Assembly: GCA_964016885.1 (NCBI GenBank)
Contig: OZ024749.1
Coordinates: 9,796,001-9,860,000, forward strand
Length of the DNA: 64,000 nt
Origin: Eledone cirrhosa
Taxonomy: Eukaryota
Direction of reading: 5' to 3'
Under the pieces are notes generated by a model. That model worked only from the letters and a program-made list of their open reading frames with translations. It did no database searches and was not told the origin of the DNA. Below, piece by piece: positions 11,305-22,859 of the stretch; position 1 is the first letter of the stretch, and each line of letters opens with the position of its first letter. A program made the position numbers and the translations under genes.

Positions 11305-12380
11305 CATTACTGTTTTACCAAGCACAGCTCTGTGCACCTTGGGTATTTGCAGTGTAGTTTTTACTGGTGTTGTCTCTATTGTATTGATAGGACTTTTCGT
11401 AATAAGTGTGCAGTGTCTAGTAGTGCTATCTTTTGTATGTTGTATATATTTTTAAGTCCTGTGGTACTCTATATAATATATATACAGTGCCTAGTAGTGC
11501 TATCTTTTGTATGCTGTATATATTTGTATGTCCTGTGGTACTCTATATAATATATATACAGTGCCTAGTAGTGCTATCTTCTGTATGTTGTATATATTTG
11601 TAAGTCCTGTGGTACTCTATATAATATATATACACTACCTAGTAGTGCTATCTTTTGTATGTTGTAAATATTTGTAAGTCCTGTGGTACTCTATATAATA
11701 TATATACACTACCTAGTAGTGCTATCTTTTGTATGTTGTATATATTTGTAAGTCCTGTGGTACTCTATATAATATATATACACTACCTAGTAGTGCTATC
11801 TTCTGTATGTTGTATATACTTGTAAGTCCTGTGGTACTCTATATAATATATATATACACTACCTAGTAGTGCTATCTTCTGTATGTTGTATATATTTGTA
11901 AGTCCTGTGGTACTCTATATAATATATATACAGTACCTAGTAGTGCTATCTTCTGTATGTTGTATATATTTGTAAGTCCTGTAGTACTCTATATAATATA
12001 TATACGGTACCTAGTATTGCTATCTTTTGTATGTTGTATATATTTGTAAGTCCTGTGGTACTCTATATAATATATATACGGTACCTAGTAGTGCTATCTT
12101 CTGTATGTTGTATATATTTGTAAGTTCTGGGGTACTCTATATAATATATATACACTACCTAATAGTGCTATCTTTTGTATGTTGTATATATTTGTAAGTC
12201 CTGGGGTTTTGGTTATGTATTTGTCTGTGTTTTTTTTATCATTCCCAGAGCTCCTATTATTATAGGGGTTTTTTCTGTTTTCATTTTCCACATTCAAGTT
12301 ATTTCTATCTCTAGATCTTTATATTTGGAGAGTTTTTGTATAATTGCTATTGTTTTAAGAAGTGACATATAATTTTCTGT
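11305..12380 (-). mobile_element. R4/Dong-like (RLE) LINE 3' end containing a 74-bp tandem amplification
   Basis: KYKDLEIEI..PIIIGALG..NIYNIQKIALLG, same family as 59320-59650. A 74-bp unit repeats about 11 times at 11415-12200. Confidence 0.75.
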
Positions 12381-12580
12381 GAAAGAGAACGGACCAATAC
12401 TCAATCCACAGATTTAGTTTGTAGCTCATTCTGACACACAGTTGTTTGTTGTGTCATAAGTTTGTGACTCAGGGGAACACACAGGTATTTGTTGTCATAA
12501 ATCCATGACTCACAAGAACACCCAGTACTTGTACCATAGTTTTTTACCTTTTTCTCCTTCTCACCATAAGCACCTTCGAG

Positions 12581-13046
12581 GTGAACCCCTCAATAAGCTA
12601 AGGTGTTCCTCTCAGAAGTGAACCCCTCAATAAGCTAAGGTGTTCCTCTCAGACGTGAACCCCTCAATAAGCTAAGGTGTTCCTCTCAGAAGTGAACCCC
12701 TCAATAAGCTAAGGTGTTCCTCTCAGAAGTGAACCCTTCAATAAGCTAAGGTGTTCCTCTCAGAAGTGAACCCTTCAATAAGCTAAGGTGTTCCTCTCAG
12801 AAGTGAACCCTTCAATAAGCTAAGGTGTTCTTCTCAGAAGTGAACCCCTCAATAAGCTAAGGTGTTCCTCTCAGAAGTGAACCCTTCAATAAGCTAAGGT
12901 GTTCTTCTCAGAAGTGAACCCCTCAATAAGCTAAGGTGTTCCTCTCAGACGTGAACCCCTCAATAAGCTAAGGTGTTCCTCTCAGAAGTGAACCCCTCAA
13001 TAAGCTAAGGTGTTCCTCTCAGACGTGAACCCCTCAATAAGCTAAG
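12581..13046. repeat. Minisatellite, 37-bp unit
   Basis: GTGAACCCCTCAATAAGCTAAGGTGTTCCTCTCAGAA, about 12.5 nearly identical copies. Confidence 0.95.
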
Positions 13047-13054
13047 CTATTTGT

Positions 13055-13399
13055 CTAACTTATAGATGAACTCTTCTAAGATGTAGGTTGTCCACCTCAC
13101 TGAGAGGTGAAGCTGGAGTGTCCCGGTGCAACTGCTACATGTAAATCCTACCTTCTTAGCTAAACTTCCTGAGATCCCACTACATCTCATGTGTACCCAT
13201 AGTTTGCATATGGGACAGAGGATGGAGTTCCTACCTACACCTTTCCTACATACTGAGCAAGGCCATTTTCCCGAGGGGATCTGGGTTGTTTTCTCTTCTA
13301 CTTACTAAGACCTTAGTCTTTGTCTGATTGACTTTAAGACCCCTTCTTTCTAGGCCCTGCTTCCATGTTTGGAATTTCTTCTCTAGTTCAGCCATTGAT
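13055..13399 (-). mobile_element. RTE RT fragment, inverted against the adjacent copy
   Basis: The minus strand reads MAELEKKFQTWKQGLERRGLKVNQTKTKVL. Confidence 0.75.
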
Positions 13400-14762
13400 G
13401 ATCTAACGCTCATAGCTGAATCAATGGCTGAACTAGAGAAGAAATTCCAAACATGGAAGCATGGCCTAGAGTCAAAAAGCCTTAAAGTTAACTTGTCTAA
13501 GACTAAAGTCCTAGTTTGTAGAAAGGAAAATAAGGCGCAGGTACCCTCAGGGAAATGGCCATGCTCAGTGTGTAGGAAAGGAGTAGGCAGAAATTCAATT
13601 TTATGTCCCAAATGCAAAGTATGGGTACATAAAAGATGTAGTGGGATCACAGGAAAACTATCTAAGAACGTAGACTTTATATGTGGCCGATGCTCAGGTG
13701 CAATAGGTAGCAGGTGTCCACAGGATACTAGGTCCTTCTATTGCCCAGATGGTTCTATAGAAATAGTAGACACTTTCCGTTACCTGGGTGACAAAATCAG
13801 CAGTGGTGGAGGGTATTCTAAAAGTACAGTAGCCAGAGTCAGAACGGGATGGAAAAAGTTCAGAGAGCTAATACCGCTGTTGGCAATAAAAGGTTTCTCT
13901 CTAAAAATGAAAGCAGATTGTATGATGCCTGTATATGAACAGCAATGCTACATGGCAGTGAGACATGGGCATTATGTGCAGAGGACCTGCGCAGACTGGA
14001 AAGGAACGAAGCATGCATGCTCCGTTGGATGTGTAATAGTAATATATGTGAACGGCAAAGCATAAATGAGCTAAGTGAGAAATTAGGAATAAGAGGGATC
14101 AGATGCTGTTTACTTGAGAGAAGACTACGTTGGTATGGCCACGTGATGCGCATGAAAGACGACAGCTGTATAAAAAAGTGCAGGGCGATCAAAATTGATG
14201 GAAGTTACAGAGTAGGTAGACTCAGAAAAATCTGGGATGATTTGATAAATTCCGACCTTACACACTTGCACCTCTCTAAGACAATGTCACTGGACCGAGA
14301 TCTTTGGCGCTATGCAGTAATACAGAAGACCCACCTTGCCTATGTACAAAGCGAAACCTACAGTCAGTAGGCACCTCTTAACCAAATATACACCCCAATC
14401 CACTACCCCTACCCTATCCTCCCACTCCCACCAACACCACCCACTCTCTGTAAAGTTGGTACCACAACATCCAATCCAAATAAATGAGATAATGAGATCA
14501 AGATCGTGTAGGTGTCACGAGAAAAAAAACACATAGTCCACGCTGTAATGTGGCCGTGTAGGTAACACGGTAAAAAGTTCCCAGTTCCACACTGTAAATG
14601 TGGTTGGTGTTAGGAAGGGCATCCAGCCATAGAAAACCTGCCAGATAGTCCTATATGAGCGAGACACGGTCACCCGACCAACCTTGCCTCAAGTGGGACA
14701 ACTCCCGTCTAACCCATGCTAGCGTGGAAAATGGACATTAAACGATGATGATGATGATGATG
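13397..14762 (+). mobile_element. 5'-truncated RTE LINE with 3' UTR and (GAT)n tail
   Basis: DDLTLIAES..PHD-like Cys cluster..FRYLG..MLHGSETW..RLRWYGHVMR, with one frameshift near 13915. Confidence 0.9.
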
Positions 14763-14764
14763 AT

Positions 14765-15265
14765 TCCACTATGAGTGTAAGATCATCCATGTACAGAAGT
14801 TCCCATGGGCAGCTGGTCTTAAACTCCCCTGTTAAAGCCTGTAATATGATAATAACTAAGAGAGGGCTAAGAACAAAGCCCTGATGGACGCCAACCTGTA
14901 CGCTAAATTCCTCGCTATAGTCATTGTTAATCCTGACTTCGCTGACTGCTCCCCTATACATGGCTTGTACAGCTTCCACAAGTGCTCATCTGCTCCTAGT
15001 TTTCTAAGAGCCCACCAGATTATGGCACAGGGCACACTGTCGAAGGCTTTCTCCAGTTCAACAAATGCCAAGTAGAGTGGCTTACTTTTAGCTAGGTACT
15101 TTTCCTGTAATTGCCTCACAAGGAAGAGGGCATCAGTGGTGATTTTTGCCTGGCACAAGTCTAAACTGCATCTCATCTAGATTTACCCTGTCCCTTATCA
15201 ATTGTGCTATGTCTCTTTCTGCTACTTTCATGACCTGGTCCATCAGCTTTATATCTCTATAGTTC
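14765..15265 (-). mobile_element. RTE RT fragment
   Basis: EMQF..TTDALFLVRQLQEKY..EKAFD..GVHQG..LLYMDD. Confidence 0.85.
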
Positions 15266-15282
15266 CATGTATATATATATAT

Positions 15283-15485
15283 AATGAAGGAAATGTGGTA
15301 AGGAACCAGATGGACCATAACGCACCAAAGTACTCAATACTTAGGGTAGTAGAGTGGGTAATAGGAACGAGTAGGACCCCGACGGCTGAGCTCAAGCCGT
15401 TTCGACGGCTAATTCTGGACTAAAATTTTAGTCCAGAATTAGCCGTCAAAACGGCTTGAGCTCAGCCGTCGGGGTCCTACTCGTT

Positions 15486-15490
<5 letters not shown>
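15283..15490 (-). mobile_element. Second copy of fold-back element B (65-bp arms, no loop)
   Basis: 15361-15425 and 15426-15490 are reverse complements with 1 mismatch. The tail is homologous to 432-515. Confidence 0.7.
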
Positions 15491-15519
<29 letters not shown>

Positions 15520-15616
15520 GTATGTATATTTATATGTATGTATATATTTGTATATTTATATGTATGTATATATTTGTATGTATAAATGTATATATATATA
15601 TGTGTAAATATATATA

Positions 15617-15980
15617 TCATCATCATCATCATCATCATCATTTTACGTCCGCTTTTCCCTGCTTGCAAGGGTGGGACGGGTCTTATTCAGCACAGCATCT
15701 CTCCACTCGTCACGGTCCCTCGTCATCTCCACCGTGAGCTTCAATGATCTGAGGTCTGTTCTCACCACCTCCGCCCATGTTTTTCGTGGTCTACCTCTAC
15801 CACGTCTTCCTTCAACTGGCATTTCCTGGCACTTCTTCACCCATCGGTCATCCTCCATGCGCATCACATGTCCATACCACCTCAGTCTCCTCTCCCGTAC
15901 ACTACATTCTATCCCTCTCAGACACAGTTTCTCTCTCAACACATTTATGCTGGGTCGTTCACGCACATTTACACTGCACA
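15617..15980 (-). mobile_element. RTE 3' end
   Basis: RERRLRWYGHVMRMEDDRWVKKC..GRPRKTW; (GAT)n tail. Confidence 0.85.
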
Positions 15981-16029
15981 TATATATATATATATATGTA
16001 AATATATATATATGTATGTATATTTATAT

Positions 16030-16640
16030 GTCAGGTCACCAGTTGGCGCTACTGGTAACATGTGTCCCAGTACAACCTGTCTCATGGTCGGGTCGTTGGT
16101 GACTAAACTGGCAACCCCACCAAGGTTTCTTGGTGAGGAGGGTGACTTTGGACATCCTGCAGGACTAAAAACAAAACCTGTCAAAGGGCAAAGGACCTCT
16201 TATGAGTCAATGGCCATCCAAAATCACCGGGAGAGATGACCCCTTAGCCTTTGTCAAGGCAGAATTCTAGGAGAAGGAAAACTCTGATATAACACCTGCA
16301 ACCCTGATGGTATCCAGTGATGTTGACTTGTTCTTCTTTTTGGTAAATATCATCTTGGTCAAGAGAGTGGGACTGGCTTTGTGCAGTGCCTTTGCTCACT
16401 ATAAAAGCTTCACGGCACAGGCATTGCTTTATATCTGGAGATCTCTCTGCACTTGTCATCACAGGGTACAATGGGCCCAACACTATGTGACAATAATTGT
16501 CACAAGTGTAGTGTTTGTACCAGAGTTTTCAAGTCGCTGGCTGGACTAAAAAGTCACACTCGTCCAGCGCATCGGTAGGGGTTCTCATACATGGATATAA
16601 AGTAGTGGCCGTACTCGAAATCGAGTTGGCAGCCACCATA
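16030..16640 (+). mobile_element. Non-autonomous bipartite RTE derivative (5' UTR joined to 3' end), copy 1
   Basis: 5' UTR-like AGGAGAAGGAAAACTCTGA. The 3' part encodes the C2H2 remnant HKCSVCTRVFKSLAGLKSHTRPAH* followed by the hairpin CTCGAAATCGAG. Inserted in (TA)n. Confidence 0.65.
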
Positions 16641-16641
16641 T

Positions 16642-16687
<46 letters not shown>

Positions 16688-17403
16688 GAAAATATATATG
16701 TATGTATATATATATATATGTATATATACAATGCTTACAGAGGTAGAACAATTAATTGAAGCTGGGTCTTCACCAGCATGACAAAGTTTATATATCTTCA
16801 ACACCATTTTACATCTGCTAGATTGGGCAGATTGTTAGAAAGTCAGAACTTCTGCCAAGTCAGGGTTTAACTTTTCAAGGGCACTACATCAGGCTTTGAA
16901 ATCATCATGGGAGAGTCCTCTCTGAGGCAATATTTTATTATCGGATGTCTTTTTGAGAGATTACAGCTCTGATATTATAAGCATGTGGTTAAAATGTATC
17001 AGGAAAGAATTACTGGACAAATTTTACAGTCAAAACCAACCAGTAGGAGACACAAGCTGTCCCTGAGCAAGATGGTTGGATAACATCGATTAGCTTGGCT
17101 GGTCTCGCTTGGGATCCAGTTGGAGACGACTGCTTCCGACAGGACCTGCTGGAAGGAGTATTTGAGGACTCTGTCCCAACAACCCTCTCAGGAATAAATG
17201 GGCGAAGAAGAAGAGAAGATGCCTCTATTGATACCAACCTTTTTTTGTACCCTCTTACGATATGCAGGGGCATGATGTCTCCTTAACTGGTACTTCACAG
17301 AGAATGAAAAGCACAACAAAGAAGGGAGAAAGTCATATCTAAAAGGAATTACTCAACCAACCCAAAAAATTATGAAAACATGTTTTAAGAAAGGAATTCC
17401 TCT

Positions 17404-17653
17404 TTAATACAATTCTGTGGTTTCCTGGGTTTTCTCATTACATTCCAAATCACCGTTGTCATGTTTTTGTGGGAACATGCTCTCCAGTAGTTCTCGATAG
17501 TTGATTTTTTCTATAAAGATTTTAGCAGAAGGGTCCTTCAACAAAGAAGGGTCAACCAGCTGAGAAACCTGGACACTTTGAGGACATTCTATCCAGTTAA
17601 TGCATCTGAGGAACTCTTCATAGAATATATTTCCTTCATCATCTTTGGGGTAT
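17404..17653 (-). CDS. EFHC2: EFHC2-like, exon 11 (last)
   Basis: accag|A TAC; YPKDDEGNIFYEEFLRCINWIECPQ..KINYRELLESMF..ELY*. Phase 2 in. Confidence 0.8.
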
Positions 17654-17774
17654 CTGGTAGTGAGAGAAAATAAGAATTATTCCAGATGTTGTTGTTCAGT
17701 CTTCCCCTCCAGTTTCACTTGAGTAGGTACATGGCAAGTTGATGAAAATACCTCCTAAAATGACCAAAGGAGCT

Positions 17775-19152
17775 TATAAGGGGCAGTCCTTAGCCCCAGT
17801 TACATAATAGGGAGTGGGTTAGGGATAAGGGGTCAGTCCTTAGTTCCAGTTTCATAATAGAGAGTGGGTTAGGGATAAGGGGTAGTATTTAGTCCCAGTT
17901 ACATAATAGGGAGTGGGTTAGGGATAAGGGGCGGTCCTTAGCCCCAGTTACACAATAGGGAGTGGGTTAGGGATAAGGGGCAGTCCTTAGTCCCAGTTAC
18001 ATAATAGGGAGTGGGTTAGGGATAAGGGGCAGTCCTTAGTCCCAGTTACATAATAGGGAGTGGGTTAGGTATGAGGGGCAGTCCTTAGTCCCAGTTTCAT
18101 AATAGGGAGTGGGTTAGGTATGAGGGGCAGTCCTTAGTCCCAGTTATATAATAGGGGGTGGGTTAGGGATAAGGAGCAGTCCTTAGTCCCAGTTTCATAA
18201 TAGGGAGTGGGTTAGGGATAAGGGGCAGTCCTTAGTCCCAGTTACATAATAGGGGGTGGGTTAGGGATAAGGGGCGGTCCTTAGTCCCAGTTACATAATA
18301 GGGAGTGGGTTAGGGATAAGGGGTCATTCCTTAGTCCCAGTTACATAATAGGGAGTGGGTTAGGTATGAGGGGCAGTCCTTAGTCCCAGTTACACAATAG
18401 GGGGTGGGTTAGGGATAAGGGGCAGTCCTTAGTTCCAGTTACATAATAGGGGGTGGGTTAGGTATGAGGGGCAGTCCTTAGTCCCAGTTATATAATAGGG
18501 GGTGGGTTAGGGATAAGGGGCAGTCCTTAGTCCCAGTTACATAATAGGGAGTGGGTTAGGTATGAGGGGCAGTCCTTAGTCCCAGTTACATAATAGGGGG
18601 TGGGTTAGGGATAAGGGGCAGTCCTTAGTCCCAGTTACATAATAGGGAGTGGGTTAGGGATAAGGGGCAGTCCTTAGTCCCAGTTACATAATAGGGAGTG
18701 GGTTAGGGATAAGGGGTCATTCCTTAGTCCCAGTTATATAATAGGGAGGGGGTGAGGGATAAGGGGCAGTCATTAGTCCCAGTTACATAATAGGGAGTGG
18801 GTTAGGGATGAGGGGTCATTCCTTAGTCCCAGTTATATAATAGGGGGTGGGTTAGGGATAAGGGGCAGTCCTTAGTCCCAGTTACACAATAGGGGGTGGG
18901 TTAGGTATGAGGGGCAGTCCTTAGTCCCAGTTACATAATGGGGGTGGGTTAGGGATAAGGGGCAGTCATTAGTCCCAGTTACATAATAGGGAGTGGGTTA
19001 GGTATGAGGGGCAGTCCTTAGTCCCAGTTACATAATAGGGGGTGGGTTAGGGATAAGGAGCAGTCCTTAGTCCCAGTTACATAATAGGGAGTGGGTTAGG
19101 GATAAGGAGCAGTCCTTAGTCCCAGTTACATAATAGGGAGTGGGTTAGGGAT
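17775..19152. repeat. G-rich minisatellite, 49-bp unit
   Basis: GGGATAAGGGGCAGTCCTTAGTCCCAGTTACATAATAGGGAGTGGGTTA, about 28 copies. Confidence 0.95.
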
Positions 19153-19234
19153 GAGAGAGTCTTGTGTCTGTTAGAAACCGTCTTTCTCTCTCTATTGGGA
19201 AACATTTGTGAAATATACACACACATACATACAT

Positions 19235-19836
19235 ATATGGTGGCTGCCAACTCGTTTTCAAGTACGGCCACTAGTTTATATCCATGTAGGAGAACCCCTA
19301 CCGATGCGCTGAATGAGTGTGACCCTTTAGTCCAGCCAGCGACTTGAAAACCCTGGTACAAACACTACACTTGTGACAATTATTGACACATAGTGCTGGG
19401 CCCATGGCACCATGTGACGACAAGCGCAGAGAGATCTCCAGATATAAAGCAATGCCTGTGCCGTGAAGCTTTTATAGTGAGCAAAGGCACTGCACAAAGC
19501 CAGTCCCACTCTCTTAACCAAGATATTTACCAAAAAGAAGAACAAGTCAACATCATTGGATACCATCAGGGTTGCAGGTGTTATATCAGAGTTTTCCTTC
19601 CCCTAGAATTCTGCCTTGACAAAGGCTAAGGGGTCATCTCTCCCAGTGATTTTGGATGGCCATTGACTCTTAAGAGCTCCTTTGCCCTTTGACAGGGTTT
19701 GTTTTTAGTCCTGCAGGATGTCCAAAGTCACCCTCCTCACCAAGAAACCTTGTCAGGTCACCAGTTGGTGCTACTGGTAACATGTATCCCAGTACAACCT
19801 GTCTCATGGTCGGGTCGTTGGCGACTAAACTGGCAA
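19235..19836 (-). mobile_element. Bipartite RTE derivative, copy 2, with inverted 5' segment
   Basis: 19235-19752 is the reverse complement of 16120-16640, whereas 19752-19836 matches 16030-16114 in direct orientation. Confidence 0.7.
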
Positions 19837-20004
19837 TATACATATATACATACATACATACATACAAGCATGCACGCACATACACACACACACACTTACA
19901 TACACACACATACATACATACACGCATGCACACATACATATACACACAAACATACACACACATGCACATACATATACATACACACACACATACATACATA
20001 CACG

Positions 20005-20036
<32 letters not shown>

Positions 20037-20074
20037 TATCAAAATGGGAAGAGAAGTGAAATGTAGAGACTGAC

Positions 20075-20167
20075 GCGTCAATAAGTTGCTGTAGTAAATG
20101 TTTCTTCAGTGGAATATTGTGAGAGAAGAGAACACGTCTTAGCGTGGCTGCTGTAATTCTACCAGTT
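20075..20167 (-). CDS. EFHC2: EFHC2-like, exon 10
   Basis: ttacag|A..GC|gtcagt; (K)TGRITAATLRRVLFSHNIPLKKHLLQQLID(A); 93 nt, phase 2/2. Confidence 0.75.
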
Positions 20168-20207
20168 CTGTAAGTAAACATAGGTTTCACATCAACAACT
20201 ACATTAA

Positions 20208-20640
20208 CCCTTTAGCATTTAAACTGGCCAGAATTCTCTCACCTCTTTCTTTTCAAACCGGCCATAACCGACCACTTATACTGATGTTAAAGTATTGTTC
20301 CCAAAATAGATATCAAAATCTCATAGATTCAATATTATGTGAGGTAAAGACTTTACCATGAAAACACAATAGTATATATAGAGTAATGTAAATGTTATGT
20401 GAGATAAAGCCTTTACCATGAAAATATAATAGTATATATAGAGTAATGTAAATGTTATGAGAGATATTATATGAGGTAAAGCCTTTACTGTGAAAATACA
20501 ATAGTATATATAGAGTAATGTAAATGTTATGCGAGATAGTATGTGAGGTAAAGCCTTTACTGTGAAAATACAATAGTATATATAGAGTAATGTAAATGTT
20601 ATGTGAGGTAAAGCCTTTACTGTGAAAATACAATAGTATA
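20208..20640. mobile_element. piggyBac-like MITE with internal tandem amplification, interrupted by the mariner
   Basis: TTAA|CCCTTTA left end, homologous to 40171-40378. A ~61-75-bp internal segment repeats about 5 times. The right end is missing. Confidence 0.65.
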
Positions 20641-21947
20641 CAGGGTGCGGACAATATTTGTTCGCAATTTTCAACTGCTAATTTTATGTAAATTTTTTTT
20701 AATTCCGTCATCACTCTTGTCTTCATAAAAACAGTGACTATAATTCTATTATTTATTTTCAGAATAATTGATTATGAATAATTTTGAACCTCCAAATTTA
20801 TGGAAGAGACACAGACTTCTTCTTGGAATCCGCGGCGGGAGGACAAATATGGAAATTTCAGACTTTCTCAGCATCAGCAGGAGAATGGTGGAAAAAGTCC
20901 GAAAGGAATTGGAAGATTCAGGATTCGACTACGAAGCAACATCAGAGGGGAAAACACATGACTGACGATCTGATGCCTTCAGAACGCCCGAGTTCGTCAC
21001 TGAAGTTCAGGATATCATCAACAATGAACCTAGCAAGTCGATGCATGCCATTCCAAGGGAGAAAGGCGTGGATGAAAAGCTCATTAGGCTGGTGGCACAT
21101 GAAGACATTCGCTACGTTTCATACAAGATGATGAAAGGACAATTTCTGTCAAAGGTGATGCAAGAAAAGTGACTGAAGCACGCAAAGAAGCTGATCAACA
21201 AGTTGAAACACCCACTGGGGCCAGACATGCTGTGGTTTTTCTCCGACGAGAAAAACTTCTGCCAAGACCAGATGATCAACTCCCAGAACAACAGGTGGCT
21301 CGCTGTCTCATCCAAAGATGTGCCCAGAGTCATGCAGACAAAGTTTCCAGCGACAACATTGGTCTTAGGTGTTGTCAGCAGTCAAGGTGATGTCATGCCA
21401 CCTCACTTCTTCCCTGAGGGCCTCAAGCTGAACACCGATGGCTACATCCGCATTCTGAGCGAGGTAGTAAAGCCCTGGATCGACCAGGTAGCTGCAGGTA
21501 GGCCGTACGTTTGGCAGCAAGACTCAGCGCCCTGCCATACCAGCCGAAAGACCCAAGCCTGGCTGTCAGAGAACTTCGTCGACCACACTTCACCTGACAT
21601 CTGGCCTCCCAGCTCGCCTGACTGCAACCCCCTTGACTTCTTTGTGTGGGGCACAGTGGAACGAGACACCAACAGATCTAGCTGCAATACGAAAGACGAT
21701 CTGAAGGCCAGGATCACAAGTGCCTTTAGAGGCCTAAGTCAGGGGACAGTGACGAAGGCCTGTAGCCGGTTCCAAAGCCGCCTTGAGGCCGTCATCAAAG
21801 CCAATGGCGGGTTTATCGAGTGAGATTGAAAGAACAAGTCATGAAGACAAACTGACCCAAGTTTGATAAATATATCTTAAAAAATAAAACTACTGTGTTA
21901 TTTTTTCCTAGACATTAATCTTGCGAACAAATATCGTCCGCACCCTG
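20641..21947 (+). mobile_element. Full-length Tc1/mariner element, DD37D (maT) family
   Basis: 27-bp TIRs CAGGGTGCGGAC(A/G)ATATTTGTTCGCAA, TA on both sides, 1307 bp. Confidence 0.95.
20774..21823 (+). pseudogene. DD37D transposase with two in-frame TGA stops
   Basis: One frame from ATG 20774, with stops at 20963 and 21169. FFSDEK..QQDSAPCH..SPDCNPLD; 37 residues between the 2nd and 3rd Asp. Confidence 0.9.
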
Positions 21948-21969
21948 TATATATATGTGTGTGTGACTG

Positions 21970-22003
<34 letters not shown>

Positions 22004-22273
22004 ACTATATATATATGTGTGTGTGACAATATATATGTGTGTGTGTGTGCGTGTGACTATATATATGTACGTGTGTGACTGTGTATATATAGTGTGTGTG
22101 TGACTGTGTATATATATATATATATATATATATGCATGTGTGACTGTGTTTACTACATCTTATAACTTAGCAGTCCAAAACAGAGATTGATAAATAAATA
22201 AATACCAAAATAAGTTCTGCGGAAAAAATTAGAAATAAAACAAGAAAACAATAAAAGAATAAAAGATGCTCAC

Positions 22274-22608
22274 TTCTCTCGGTCAACATTGAGACAGCCT
22301 CTCAGTAGGTCCTTCATGTCATCATATCCAGCCTTTCTCAACTGTTCTTGGGTCAATGTGATGACCTTCTTTAGATATACGTTCATTGAAGGTTTGTTGA
22401 TGCAGTTGAAGAATCGGCCGATTGTGATGAGCTCGTGTTCGTTGATGTCAAATTCAAACTCAGCAAAGATGGTGAGCATATCTTTGAATGTTACATAGTT
22501 TGAGCTGTCGGCATCTCGAAACATGAACGCCTTAGCTAGTGGTTCCTCGGTCACCTTCAGCGAGTTCTTCAGTTTTTGCAGAATTTTCATAATGTTTGCC
22601 TGGGGAAA
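22274..22608 (-). CDS. EFHC2: EFHC2-like, exon 9 (EF-hand-like region)
   Basis: ctccag|TTT..AA|gtgagc; FPQANIMKILQKLK..FRDADSSNYVTFKDM..EHELITIGRFF..VDRE; 335 nt. Confidence 0.85.
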
Positions 22609-22859
22609 CTGGAGAAGACAATGACAAGATGGAAGAGAAATTATTGAAAATCAAAACTGATGGAACTTTGCATATATATATATACGTATGTGTGTGGATG
22701 TATGTGAGTATATGTGTACATATATATTTATATATTGTCCAGTTATTAATATTGTTAATATTAATAATACTCCATAAGAAAAATCTGTAGAGTGCTTCAA
22801 ATCTGTTATAAAATGAACTCATATAACTCATTGTTTATATGTATATATATATATAATAA

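Noticed and set aside
12581-13046. 37-bp repeats of CRISPR-like length
   Set aside because: Units are contiguous with no unique spacers, there are no cas genes, and the context is eukaryotic. The same applies to the other arrays.
17810-19150. Interstitial telomere
   Set aside because: At most one TTAGGG per 49-bp unit; not a telomeric tract.
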